Part shown: one piece after another, positions 1-10,138 of the stretch
How the letters are laid out: each line of letters opens with the position of its first letter
Position numbering within the stretch: the first letter of the stretch is position 1
From: an uncultured Planctomycetaceae bacterium
Lineage (GTDB): Bacteria > Planctomycetota > Planctomycetia > Planctomycetales > Planctomycetaceae
Length of the DNA stretch: 64,000 nt
Assembly: GCA_963803815.1 (NCBI GenBank)
Contig: CAWDOB010000003.1
Span: 2,215,511-2,279,510, forward strand
Reading direction: 5' to 3'
Notes under the pieces: generated by a model
Told to the model about the DNA's origin: nothing
What the model saw: only the letters and a program-made list of their open reading frames with translations
Databases searched by the model: none
Program-made: the position numbers and the translations under genes

Positions 1-2142
1 TCCGGCTCCAAGTTGAACGTCACCGGCGGGGACCTGGACGCGGGGCGGCTGAACGTCGCCGCGGGCGGGGCCGTCGCCACCGCCGTCGACGTCAACGTCG
101 CCGGCGCCGCGATGTTGGACGGGGCCGGGTCGACGCTGTCGGTCACCGCCGGCACGCTCTCCGCCGACTCGCTCGCCCTGACCGACGGCGCCGCCGCGAA
201 CGTGGACGGCACGGTGACCGTCGCCGGCGCCACGACCCTCGACGCCAGCACCCTCGACCTGCGCAGCAACGGGGCGGTGTTCAATACCGACTCCCTGACC
301 GGCACGAACGTGTCGACGGTCAACATCGCCGCCGGCGCCACGCTGAACGCCACGACGTTCAACCTGGACTCCACCTCCGTCCAAACCGTCGCCCAGGGCG
401 GAACCCTCAACACCGGGACGCTGAACTTCAAGTCCGGCTCCTCGCTGGAGGTGAAGCAGGGCAACACCGTCGCCATCGGGAACGCCGTGACGATCGTCGG
501 CGGGGCCTCCGCGAAGTCGAACGGCCGATTCGAGGCGAAGTCCTTCACCGTCCAGCGGGGCGGGGCGGTCAGCGGCGCCGGCACCTTCAAGGTGACCGGA
601 ACCGGGCCCAGCGACACCTTCCAGGTGGAGGGCACGGTCGCCCCCGGCAACAGCCCCGGCGTGCTGAACGTGATCGGGACCACCAACGTCGCCCCGACCG
701 GCGTGCTGGAGATCGAAGTGGTCGCCACCCCGCCCGGCGTCACGCCGGTCGCCGGCGTGGACCACGACCGCTTCGCCGTGGACGGCGCCGTCACCCTCGA
801 CGGCAACGCCGTCGACGTCACCCGGTTCGTCCCGCCCGGCCAAACGGCGCTGCCGTTCGCCCCCGGCACCCGGTACGACGTCGTCACCGCGACCGGCGGG
901 GTGACCGTCCTCGCCCCCGTCAGGGTGAACGATCCGTTCGCGGACCGCCGGTTCGCGCAACTGATCCGGCCGAACAGCTTCGGCCTGGTGACGGCTCGGG
1001 ACGTGTCCTACGAACAGGCGTTCGGGACCACCTTCAACCAGCGGGCCGTCGGCGGCGGGCTGGACGCGGTTCGCACCGCCCCCGCACTGATGGGCCTGCG
1101 GGACGCCCTGGACACGCTGCCCGCCGACGCGGAGGTCGCCCGCGTCCTGAACGAACTGTCCGGCGAAGTGTACGGCTCCCACCTGAGCAGCCTGAACCGC
1201 AGTTCGGTGCAGTTCCTGGACGTCCTCGGCGCCCGCGACCAAGCGTTCCCGCTGGTCTGCGACGCCTGCGGCGTCACCCGGGCCGGCAAAAGCGGCCTGC
1301 AGGGCTGGTGGGACGCCGCCGGGGCCGTGGGGGAAGCCGACGGCGACGGCAACGCCCACGACGCGGACTTCAGTTCGATCGGCACGACCGCCGGGCTCTC
1401 CCAGACGTTCGGCGGCCCCAACACGGCCCTCGCGGCGGGCGGCTTCTACGGGTACGAATCGGTCACCACGGAGGTCGATTCCGTCCGCTCCCGGGCCGAG
1501 ACCGACGCCCACCGCTTCGGCGGGTATCTGCGGGGCAGCCTGGGCCGTTTGTACGGCCGCCTCGCCGGCTTCGGCGGGGTGACGACCACGGAGTCCCGCC
1601 GCAACGTGCAGATCAGCAACCCGCTGTTCCCCTTCGCCGACAGCCTGACCGGCGAATACGATGGCGGCCTCGCCGGCGCCGACGCGGAGAGCGGCGTGCT
1701 GATCGGCGGGCCCGGGATGTACCTGATGCCGATCGTCGGATTGCGGTACGCCTCGGCGTCCCAGGACGAGTTCACGGAGCGCGGCGGGGCGGCGGCGCTG
1801 GCCGTCGGCGACGCCTCGCTGAGCGAATTGCGGACCCGCCTCGGCGCCCGCGGCGGGGTCCAGTTCGCCGTCGGCGCCCTGCCGCTCACCGGCACGCTGG
1901 AGGCGTTCTACAGCCGGGACCTCTCCGCCGGCTCCGTCGGCGACGTGCCCGCCACGTTCGCCGCGGCGCCCGGCCCCGCGTTCGACGTCCGCGGCACGAG
2001 CTTCGGCCGCGACCGCCTCACCCTCGGCCCGGGCCTGACGATCGGCGAGGGCCCGCTGACGATCGGCGCCTTTTACCGGACGAGCCTCAGCAGCGAGTCC
2101 CTCTTCCACGCCGGCGACCTGCGGTTGGAATACTGCTTCTGA
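1..2142 (+). CDS. Autotransporter outer-membrane beta-barrel protein (5' end outside window)
   Basis: Gly/Ala/Thr/Asn-rich beta-helix-like passenger, APGNSPG motif, LSGEVY linker, amphipathic beta-strand C-terminal domain ending LEYCF (terminal aromatic). Frame open from the window start. Confidence 0.85.
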   Translation, partial: SGSKLNVTGGDLDAGRLNVAAGGAVATAVDVNVAGAAMLDGAGSTLSVTAGTLSADSLALTDGAAANVDGTVTVAGATTLDASTLDLRSNGAVFNTDSLTGTNVSTVNIAAGATLNATTFNLDSTSVQTVAQGGTLNTGTLNFKSGSSLEVKQGNTVAIGNAVTIVGGASAKSNGRFEAKSFTVQRGGAVSGAGTFKVTGTGPSDTFQVEGTVAPGNSPGVLNVIGTTNVAPTGVLEIEVVATPPGVTPVAGVDHDRFAVDGAVTLDGNAVDVTRFVPPGQTALPFAPGTRYDVVTATGGVTVLAPVRVNDPFADRRFAQLIRPNSFGLVTARDVSYEQAFGTTFNQRAVGGGLDAVRTAPALMGLRDALDTLPADAEVARVLNELSGEVYGSHLSSLNRSSVQFLDVLGARDQAFPLVCDACGVTRAGKSGLQGWWDAAGAVGEADGDGNAHDADFSSIGTTAGLSQTFGGPNTALAAGGFYGYESVTTEVDSVRSRAETDAHRFGGYLRGSLGRLYGRLAGFGGVTTTESRRNVQISNPLFPFADSLTGEYDGGLAGADAESGVLIGGPGMYLMPIVGLRYASASQDEFTERGGAAALAVGDASLSELRTRLGARGGVQFAVGALPLTGTLEAFYSRDLSAGSVGDVPATFAAAPGPAFDVRGTSFGRDRLTLGPGLTIGEGPLTIGAFYRTSLSSESLFHAGDLRLEYCF

Positions 2143-2292
2143 ACCGAGGCACAGCCGGGGCGGAAAGGCCGCACGTTCTTCGCCTGCGGCATCACGGGCG
2201 TCGCGGGAACTTGGGTTCTCAAGGAGCCGCAAGTATTTGGGGGCGGTCGGAGCGGACGGTTCCGTCCGCCCCGCACAGGCTCGGAAGCCGAG

Positions 2293-3009
2293 ATGACCAA
2301 TTCTCCCGCCCCCACCGTCGCCCCCACCGTGACCGCCGCGGCCGCCGCGGCCTTTGCTCGGGACGGGGCGCTGGTCGTGCCTGACCTGTTGCCGTCGGCG
2401 GCGTTGGAGGCGCTGCGGGACGCGTTTGCGGAGCCGGTTGGACCGGACCCGCACCGTCGCGGCGGGCTGCGGGGGTTGTTCGACTGGTCCCCGCCGACCC
2501 GGGCGCTGGCGGTGCGGCCGGAGGTGTGGGGGTTGGCGGCGGGGCTGATCGGGCCGGAGGCCGTCGCGGTGCGGGCCACGCTGTTCGATAAATCGCCCGA
2601 CGCCAACTGGGCCGTGCCGTGGCATCGGGACGAGCGGGTCGAACTCACGGAGCCGGTCGATTCGCCGGAGTGGCGAGCCTGGAAGCGACTCGGTGATCGC
2701 TGGACCGCCTTCGCCCCGCGGGACTTCCTGTTGAAGATGGTCGCGGTGCGGGTGCGGTTGGACGACTGCGGCCCCCGCGGCGGCGCCTTGCGGGTCTTGG
2801 CCGGCTCCCACCGGGGCGAGGCGGGCGACGAAATACTGTGCGACGGCCCGGCCGGCGGGGCGGTCGCGCTGTGCCCGCCGGCGCTGCACGCCTCCGGCCG
2901 CGCGGACTTTGACGAAGCCGCAACGCCCCGCCGGCGGGTGATTCATCTCGAATACGCCCCGCCGACCCCGCCCGGCGGCGCCCGCTGGCCGCACGCGCTG
3001 CGGGCCTGA
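2293..3009 (+). CDS. Phytanoyl-CoA dioxygenase family 2OG-Fe(II) oxygenase
   Basis: LFDKSPDANWAVPWHRD (HxD), G.LRVLAGSH, LHAS, RRVIH motifs. Confidence 0.85.
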   Translation: MTNSPAPTVAPTVTAAAAAAFARDGALVVPDLLPSAALEALRDAFAEPVGPDPHRRGGLRGLFDWSPPTRALAVRPEVWGLAAGLIGPEAVAVRATLFDKSPDANWAVPWHRDERVELTEPVDSPEWRAWKRLGDRWTAFAPRDFLLKMVAVRVRLDDCGPRGGALRVLAGSHRGEAGDEILCDGPAGGAVALCPPALHASGRADFDEAATPRRRVIHLEYAPPTPPGGARWPHALRA

Positions 3010-3019
3010 TCAGCACGCA

Positions 3020-4425
3020 TTAATCGCCGACTAAAAACTTGCCGACCGGGCCGAGGGCGTCGACGTGATCGCACAAGATCTTCAGCGCCGCGAGCATCGG
3101 GACCGCCAGCAACGCCCCGGGCACGCCCCAGAGCCAACCCATTAGCAGCAGCCAGGCGAAGATCACCGGGGCGTTAAGGTTTAATCGCCCGCCGAGGATC
3201 TTAGGGGTGATAAAGTTCCCCTCCAACGTCGTGCAGCACAGATACAACGCCGGCGGGAGGAACACCCGGGCGCCCTCGAAGTGGCCGAACGCCGTCAGCG
3301 CCACCACGCCCGCCCCGAACACCGCGCCGACGTACGGGATATAATTAAATAGGAACGCCAACGCCCCCCACAGCACGGCGTTGGGCATTCCGATCGCGGC
3401 CATCACCAAGCCCACCACGACGCCCAACCCGGCGTTCACCACCGTCACGGTCAGCAGATAATTGCCGATCGCCGCCTGCGCGTCGCCGATCAACACCCGC
3501 ACCGCCCGTTTGTCGCGGAAGTGCGGCGTCAGTTCGATGCACTTTCTGGTGAACACGTCCCCGCTGGCGAGCAGAAAATACAGCAGCACCCCCGTCGCGA
3601 AGATCAGCGTGAGCAGGTTGCGGGCGGCGTTGAACACGTCGTCGCCGAGGATCTCCCCCGTCAGCGAGCCTGTCACGTCCACCGGCACCTCCTCCGGCTC
3701 CGCGGCCTCCTCCCGTTCGAGCAGCGCCTCCGGGTCCTCCTCGGCGATCTCCCGCGTGTTCTGAGCCGGATCGACGGCGGCGTCGGCGGTGGCCTCCACC
3801 TTGTTCGTCTTCGCGGAGATGCTGCGGGCCCATTCCAGCTCCGGGGCGTATTGGCGCTGAACCTTCTGAATGATCTCCGGGGCGTTCGCCAATTGACGCT
3901 GGACCGCCGGCAGCACCGCCGCCGTCAGCGCGACCGCCAGCCCCGCCGCCCCGCCGAGCACCACGATCGCCCCGATCGGCTCCGGAATCCGCCAGTGCTT
4001 GAGGATGCGGACCAGCGGGGAGAGCAGCAGATTGAGCACCGCCGCCGCGGCGATCGGCAGGAACACGCCGCGCCCAGGAAGATCACCGCCGCGAACGCCA
4101 TCAGGGCCAGCGCCAGCAGGCTGAAGGCGCTGACCCGCAGCGCCACCGCGGGGGGCAATTTGAGGTCCGCGATCTCCGCGGTCTGGGCGGAATCCGCCGG
4201 CTCGCACACCTCGGGATCCGGCCGCTCCTCTAACAGTTCCTCGGTGAACGCCGCGTCGTCGTGCGTCTGTTCCAAAACGTCCAGCACCTCGTCCGGAGCG
4301 TCCGCCAAGCCGGACGGGGCGTCCCTCGCATCCTTCTCCAGCGGTGCGTCCTTCTTCAGATCAGCCGGCGCGGCGGCGGCATCAAGATTGGCATCGGCGG
4401 CGGCGGCGGCGGCGGCGGTCGTCAT
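3020..4425 (-). CDS. AI-2E family transporter (one frameshift near 4070)
   Basis: Multi-TM protein with LWGALAFLFNYIPYVG, EGNFITP and WGVPGALLAVP. The N-terminal part (MTTAAA...AVIFLG) lies in another frame and starts at an ATGA overlap with the upstream gene's stop. Confidence 0.85.
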
Positions 4426-5162
4426 TGGAGGTCGCGGACGACGTCGGCGGTATGTTCCGGGTGCGGGATGCCGTACGCCCGGATCTCCAAGCCGTCCTGG
4501 CCGCTGCTGGACAGGAACAGGTCGCCCACGCCCAGCAGGCGATCGAACCCGGACTGATCCACTTGCAGGTTGCGGACGTCCTCGTGCTGAATCTCCGTGG
4601 TTTCCCGGGAGACGATGCCGAACCGGAACGTCGTCCGCTGGCCGGTGACGGTGAGGGTTTCGAACCGACTTTTCATCAGCCAGAGGCCCATCGCGATCAG
4701 TCCGCCCAGGATCAACACGCCCCCGACCGCCGCCAACACGGTCCCGCCGATCACGGCGGTCACGGGCTCCACGAGCCCCAACCCCAGCCCGCCGACGAGC
4801 CCGCCGATCACACACGCCACCCCCAGCACGATCGCCAGCCCGGCCAGCGCCGTCTTGCCGGGCCGGTTGCGGAACGCGGCGGGGTGCGTGACCAGGACGG
4901 TTTCTTCGGTGTCCCCGCCGCCGGCGTCGACGACGTAATCCGCGTCCGCCCCGCTGTCGTCTCGGACTGGTTGGGCGACGGGAACGCCCAGTTCGAAGGG
5001 CTTGTGGCACTTGCGGCAGTCGATGCGCTCGCCCATCAGCACCTCGGCGACGGAGGACTTCGCCCCGCAGTGCGGGCACTGGTAGGTGAGGTGCTGCACG
5101 ACCGTCGCGTCCGTGCCGCCGTCCGACGCAGCCTGAGGGTCGTTGGCGGGAGCGTCGGCCAC
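4422..5162 (-). CDS. Zinc-ribbon plus bacterial PH-domain membrane protein
   Basis: CPHC...CRKC zinc ribbon, two TM segments, PH-type motif FGIVSRETTEI...DQSGFDRLLGVGDL. Confidence 0.75.
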   Translation of the reverse strand: MADAPANDPQAASDGGTDATVVQHLTYQCPHCGAKSSVAEVLMGERIDCRKCHKPFELGVPVAQPVRDDSGADADYVVDAGGGDTEETVLVTHPAAFRNRPGKTALAGLAIVLGVACVIGGLVGGLGLGLVEPVTAVIGGTVLAAVGGVLILGGLIAMGLWLMKSRFETLTVTGQRTTFRFGIVSRETTEIQHEDVRNLQVDQSGFDRLLGVGDLFLSSSGQDGLEIRAYGIPHPEHTADVVRDLQ

Positions 5163-5363
5163 GGCGGGATGTGGGGTTTCGGGAGAGGGAGGAACCGATG
5201 AGACTACGTCTCCGACCGGGCGACCACCGGCGGGGGAACCCCGTCCCCTGCCGGGGGCCGTCCCCGAGGGCCGGCCGAGGCGCCGGGACGGGGCCGCGGG
5301 CCAGCGACGGGGGCCAGCGACGCGGGCCAGCGACGGAACGACGCGGGGCGAGCGGCGTCGGGG

Positions 5364-6872
5364 TTGAACCGTACGCCCGCGGCGGCGACGGTTCCGGTTG
5401 TGCCGCCCTCCTTCGTCCCCGCCGTCGCAGTGCTGGTCGTCGGCGTCGGTGCGTGCGTCCCCTTGACCTCGGTCGGCGTCGCTCCGGTCGGCTTCGCCCA
5501 GGAGCCGCCGGCGGAGAACGCCGATCCCGTCGAACCGGCGGACGGACCGGACGAGAGCCTGTCCGGGCGGACCATCGAGGTCGCCCCCGCGACCGACGAC
5601 CGGGACATCGCCGCCACGCTGGATCTGTTGCTCGCCCGATTAGAGGACGCCGGCTTGGTCCGCGACCCGGCGGTGCGGGTGGGCGACGGGATTGTGACGC
5701 TTCGCGGGATTGCTCAAAGCGTGGAGCGACGCAAACTGATCGGCGACCTCGCCCGCAACGTGGAGGGCGTCGCGGTGGTCATCAATGCGATGGAGGTTCC
5801 CCCGCCGGAGCCCCCGGACCCGTTCGATCTGTCCCGGATCAACGCCACGCTGCGGGGCTTTTTGACGGACGCGATCGCCGCGGTGCCCTACCTGCTGTTC
5901 GCGCTGGTCGTGCTGGGGCTGACGTACTTCGTCGCCCGGCTCGCGCGTTGGCTGGCCCGCCTGGGGTTGGGTCCGCGGATCGAGAACCCGTTATTAGAAA
6001 CCGTCGCGGTACGGGCGGTCGCGCTGCTGGTGGGCGTGGTGGGCGTCTATTTAGTCCTCAGCGTGTGCGGCCTGACGGGGCTCGCCGCGGGCCTGCTGGG
6101 CGGGGCCGGGTTGGGGGGACTGGTGGTGGGCTTCGCGTTTCGCAATATCGCGGAGAACTTCCTCGCCAGCATTCTCCTCAGCATGTCCCAGCCGTTTCGC
6201 AACGGGGACGTGGTGCAAATCGCCGATTCGATCGGCGTGGTGCAGAAGGTCACCACCCGGGGCACCTGGTTGATGAGCTTCGACGGCAACCATATTCAGA
6301 TCCCCAACGGCACGGTTTATACATCGGTGATTCGCAACCTGACGGCGAATCCGAACGTGCGCTTAAACTTCGTGGTGGGCGTGGACTACGCCGACGGCGT
6401 CGCCGCGGCCCAGCAGGTGATCGCCGACGCCCTCCGCGATCATCCCGCCGTGCTGAGCGATCCGGAGCCGATGGTGCTCTTGGACGAACTGGGCGCCAGC
6501 ACGGTGAATCTGAAGGTGTATTTCTGGTGCGACGGCGTCGCGAATAGCGGATTAAAGGTCCGCAGCAGCGTGATCCGCCGGGTGAAACGAGCCGTGGAGG
6601 ACGCCGGCCTGACGATGCCGGACGAGGCCCGCGAAGTGATCTTCCCCCGGGGCGTGCCGTTGCGAAACGTCCCGCCGGGATTGACGAACGACCCTCCGCA
6701 GGCGCCGGCGCCGGCCGTGGAGATCACCACGCCGAGCGAACCGGTCGTCAGCGCCGGCGAGGGGAATCTTTCCAGCGACACCGAAGAACTAAACGATCAA
6801 GCCCGCCGCGGCCGCGACCCCGACGCCGCCCGGGACCTGCTCTCCCCCGAACCGCCGCCCCCGCCCGCATGA
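5364..6872 (+). CDS. BON-domain small-conductance mechanosensitive channel (MscS family)
   Basis: BON-like VRVGDGIVTLRG...VEGVAVVINAM, then GFAFRNIAENFLAS, PFRNGD and IPNG MscS motifs. Confidence 0.9.
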   Translation: MNRTPAAATVPVVPPSFVPAVAVLVVGVGACVPLTSVGVAPVGFAQEPPAENADPVEPADGPDESLSGRTIEVAPATDDRDIAATLDLLLARLEDAGLVRDPAVRVGDGIVTLRGIAQSVERRKLIGDLARNVEGVAVVINAMEVPPPEPPDPFDLSRINATLRGFLTDAIAAVPYLLFALVVLGLTYFVARLARWLARLGLGPRIENPLLETVAVRAVALLVGVVGVYLVLSVCGLTGLAAGLLGGAGLGGLVVGFAFRNIAENFLASILLSMSQPFRNGDVVQIADSIGVVQKVTTRGTWLMSFDGNHIQIPNGTVYTSVIRNLTANPNVRLNFVVGVDYADGVAAAQQVIADALRDHPAVLSDPEPMVLLDELGASTVNLKVYFWCDGVANSGLKVRSSVIRRVKRAVEDAGLTMPDEAREVIFPRGVPLRNVPPGLTNDPPQAPAPAVEITTPSEPVVSAGEGNLSSDTEELNDQARRGRDPDAARDLLSPEPPPPPA

Positions 6873-8086
6873 CGTTCGCTCCCGCCCTGATCGTCTTGCT
6901 CCTCGCCGCCCCCGCGACGCAGGAGGAGCCCGACGACGCCCCGCCCCCCGCGGCGATCGAGGAGACCGACGCCCCCGTTCGCGTCGGGGGCGCAGTCAGC
7001 GACGAGCAGATCCACGACGTTATTTTCGGCGTCTTGGAGCGGAGCGACTGGGTTCAAAATCCGACGGTCAGCGTGGAAGGTCGCTTCGTCAAAATCGGCG
7101 GCACCGCCGTCTCCAGCGACGCCAAAGAGAAGGCCAGAGCCTTCGCGAAGCGGGTGGAGGACGTGCTTGCGGTGCAGAACGACATCGTCGTCGACCGCGC
7201 ATTCAGTCCGCAGCGGGCCTGGGCGCAGATTCGCGGCAGCGTTCTCACGTTGCGGGACGGGTTCCTGGAGCAGATCCCCCTGCTGATCGTCGCCGCGTCG
7301 GTGCTGTTGCTCACGGCGATTGCGGCCCGCTTCGCCCGGTTCCTGTTCCGCCGCACGCCGGGTTATTCCCGGCTGAGAAACAGTCTCCAGGACCTGCTCG
7401 AACAGTTTATCAGCGTCGGAGCCTGGGTGTTGGGCCTGCTGATCGCCGCGACGGTCGCCTTTCCCGGCGTCACGCCCGGCAGCTTGATCGCGGCGCTGGG
7501 GCTCGGCGGGGTGGCGATCGGGTTCGCCTTCAAAGACGTATTCGAAAACTTCCTCGCCGGGATCTTTATCCTCTGGAAGTTCCCCTTCGACCGCGGCGAC
7601 TTTATCGAATGCGGCGACGTGAAGGGCAAGATCCAATCGATCACCATTCGTAACACGCTGGTCCGCCAGCCGGACGGCATCCTGGTGGTCTGCCCGAACG
7701 CCCAATTGTTCAAGAACCCGGTGGACGTGCTGACGAACTGGAAGAGCCGCCGGGTGACGATCGTCTGCGGCGTCGCCTACGGCGAAGACGTGACCGCCGC
7801 CCGCGCTGTGATCGCCCAAGCCGTGCAGGGCTGCGAGAGCGTGGAGACCCGCAAGCCGATCAAGATCTTCGCCGACGAATTCGCCGACAGCAGCGTGAAC
7901 TTCAAGATTAGTTGGTGGGCCGACCCGACCCCGCTGGGCGAACGCCAAAGCCGCGACCAGGTCGTCGCCGCGGTCAAGGCGGCGCTGGACGGCGCCGGGG
8001 TGGAAATCCCTTTCCCGCAACGCACGCTGTGGTTCAAAGAGGCGTTGAAGACGGAGCGGACGGAGTTGCCGGCGACAGGGGATTGA
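6869..8086 (+). CDS. BON-domain mechanosensitive channel (MscS family), second paralog
   Basis: ATGA overlap with the previous gene; GFAFKDVFENFLAG, PFDRGDFI and EIPFPQR motifs. Confidence 0.9.
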   Translation: MTFAPALIVLLLAAPATQEEPDDAPPPAAIEETDAPVRVGGAVSDEQIHDVIFGVLERSDWVQNPTVSVEGRFVKIGGTAVSSDAKEKARAFAKRVEDVLAVQNDIVVDRAFSPQRAWAQIRGSVLTLRDGFLEQIPLLIVAASVLLLTAIAARFARFLFRRTPGYSRLRNSLQDLLEQFISVGAWVLGLLIAATVAFPGVTPGSLIAALGLGGVAIGFAFKDVFENFLAGIFILWKFPFDRGDFIECGDVKGKIQSITIRNTLVRQPDGILVVCPNAQLFKNPVDVLTNWKSRRVTIVCGVAYGEDVTAARAVIAQAVQGCESVETRKPIKIFADEFADSSVNFKISWWADPTPLGERQSRDQVVAAVKAALDGAGVEIPFPQRTLWFKEALKTERTELPATGD

Positions 8087-8227
8087 CCATCCGTTGCCGA
8101 CGCTGGGCGTCCACGACGGACGCCCGCACGTCCGCCGGCACGTCGATCAGAACCACCTCGACTCCGAACTCTCTCACGGCCTCCGCGGCCTGCTGCTCCG
8201 ACGAATCTGACCGGTGCGGCGGGGCCG

Positions 8228-8932
8228 TCAGGCAGCGTTCAGGCAGGCGGAGACATCAACGGCGAACCCCGGCAGCAGGGCGCCGGTCGCCGTCTCGCCC
8301 TCGGCGGACGTCGCTTCGATCCAAGCGCCGGAGCCTTCCCCGACGGATTCGCCGCGGGTCAGCACGACGATCTCCCGGGACCGGGCGCGGGGATCGACAA
8401 TCCAGTATTCGCCGATCTCCGCGGCGGCGTACTCCGCACGTTTCCGCACGCGATCGCGGTCCGGGTCGTCGGGAGACACGATCTCGAAGACCACGTCCGC
8501 CCCGGCCCACTCCATCGACCCGCGGCGTGGGTCGTCGCGGTCCGATAGGACGGCAACATCCGGTTCGCGGATCGCGTCCGGGACGTCAACCCCTTGGTTC
8601 GAAGACCGGATCGCCATCGACAATCCGCTGCGGTCGCGATACGCGCCGAGCGCGAGAATCAGATAGGTGAGGATCGCCCCGTGCAGGTCGCTCGTCATCG
8701 GTTTGTAGCGAATGCGGCCGGCGACCCATTCGCAGCCGGCGTCAGGGAACGTGCGGGACCGGTACTGGTCCCGAGTCATCGCCGTCCCGTCCGGCGGCAG
8801 GCCGCGTTCGGCGAGGTGTTCCGGCGACGGGTATCCCGCCAGACCGTCACCGTCGCGATGCGGCATCGGGTCCATGGTCCGCGCCGTCGACAAACGGCGG
8901 GCGGCGGGCGGGGCGAGCAGGTCGGCGGGCAT
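8228..8932 (-). CDS. Uma2 family (DUF820) putative endonuclease
   Basis: REPDVAV, VVFEIVSPD, KRAEYAAAEIGEYWIVDP and LLPGF motifs. Confidence 0.9.
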   Translation of the reverse strand: MPADLLAPPAARRLSTARTMDPMPHRDGDGLAGYPSPEHLAERGLPPDGTAMTRDQYRSRTFPDAGCEWVAGRIRYKPMTSDLHGAILTYLILALGAYRDRSGLSMAIRSSNQGVDVPDAIREPDVAVLSDRDDPRRGSMEWAGADVVFEIVSPDDPDRDRVRKRAEYAAAEIGEYWIVDPRARSREIVVLTRGESVGEGSGAWIEATSAEGETATGALLPGFAVDVSACLNAA

Positions 8933-9030
8933 CGGCGGGTTCTCCGCGGGGGATGCGCCCAGTGTACCACGGCCGCCGGCCGTGCGGCCCTTCCAGGCCC
9001 GCGACGGCGGCGCGACCGGTCACGTTCCGC

Positions 9031-10130
9031 TCACGGCAGGATCAGCGCCACGCCGGATACCGCGGCGGCTTGCACCAGCGCCGCCCGGGCGTTGAGCGGG
9101 ATCTGATACTTCAACTTCGGGGCGCAGTCGCCGGGGCGGTAGTAGCCCAGCGGCGTCTGACATTTGCCCGGCGGGTCCAGCGCCATCTGGTACGGCAACC
9201 CGACCAATTGCACGCCGAACTTCGCCACCGACGCCGCCGGCTGCCACACGCCGCGGTGATGGCCGTACCGCTCCAGGCTCACGTCCTGAAAGTAGAGCGG
9301 GTTATACACCACGTTCGGCGCCGCCCACCGGTACTGCACCGGAACCGCCCGGCGGGGGACGTGGAACGCGGTCGACAGCGGCGTCACCTCGGGGCACAAC
9401 GCCGCGGACTTCCCGTCCCGCCCCACGCCGTCCTGCCCCGCCCCGCCCTGACCGGCCAGCGGGAGGCACCCGCCCGGGCGGGGGCAGAGGTTGCGGCAGG
9501 GGTCGTCCGGATCCGGGTTCGGGTCGTAATCCCCGAACGGCAGGATTGCGCGAATCCCCTTCAAATCCCGCACCGTGCGGATCGTCCGGCCGGCGGCGGA
9601 GGGCGAGGGATCGGGGTCGCGTGCTTCGTCCGCGATCGCGTCGGGCGCCCGCGGATCGAGCTTCAGATCGTCCGGCAGTTCCAGATCGTCCAGCCCCAGA
9701 TCATCTAAGTCGATATCCAGATTGAGGCCCCCGCCGGCGGGCGGATCGGCGGCGTCGCTGCGGCGGGCGCCGTCGGCGTCCTGACGGCGGAACAGGGAGG
9801 CCGCGGGGGTGTCGCCCCGCAGCCGGACCGGCGCGTGCGGCCGCAGTTCCGGAATCGTCTCCTCGGCGGGCGACGACGAGGCGGACATCGGCGAGGCCGA
9901 CGACGGTCCGGCCTTTCGCCACCGTCCCTCGTGTTCCCGCAGGGCCGCGTGCGGGTCGCGGCGGCGGAGGCGGTTCAACACCTCCGCCCCGCGGTCCGCG
10001 GCGACGCCGGACTCCGTCACGGCCGATTCCGTGACCGCCTGACGGGCGAAGCCCGGTCCGGCCGTGGCCAGCAGCGCAGCGGCCGCCAGCGGGGCGACGT
10101 GACGCAGGGGGAGCCGGCGCCGGTGAACTC
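9031..10130 (-). CDS. Planctomycete conserved exported hypothetical protein (start uncertain)
   Basis: Signal-like HVAPLAAAALLATAGPGFA; C-terminal YNPLYFQDVSLERYGH...LPYQM...LGYYRPGDCAP motif that I recall from planctomycete proteins. Confidence 0.6.
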
Positions 10131-10138
10131 CGGGCAGA

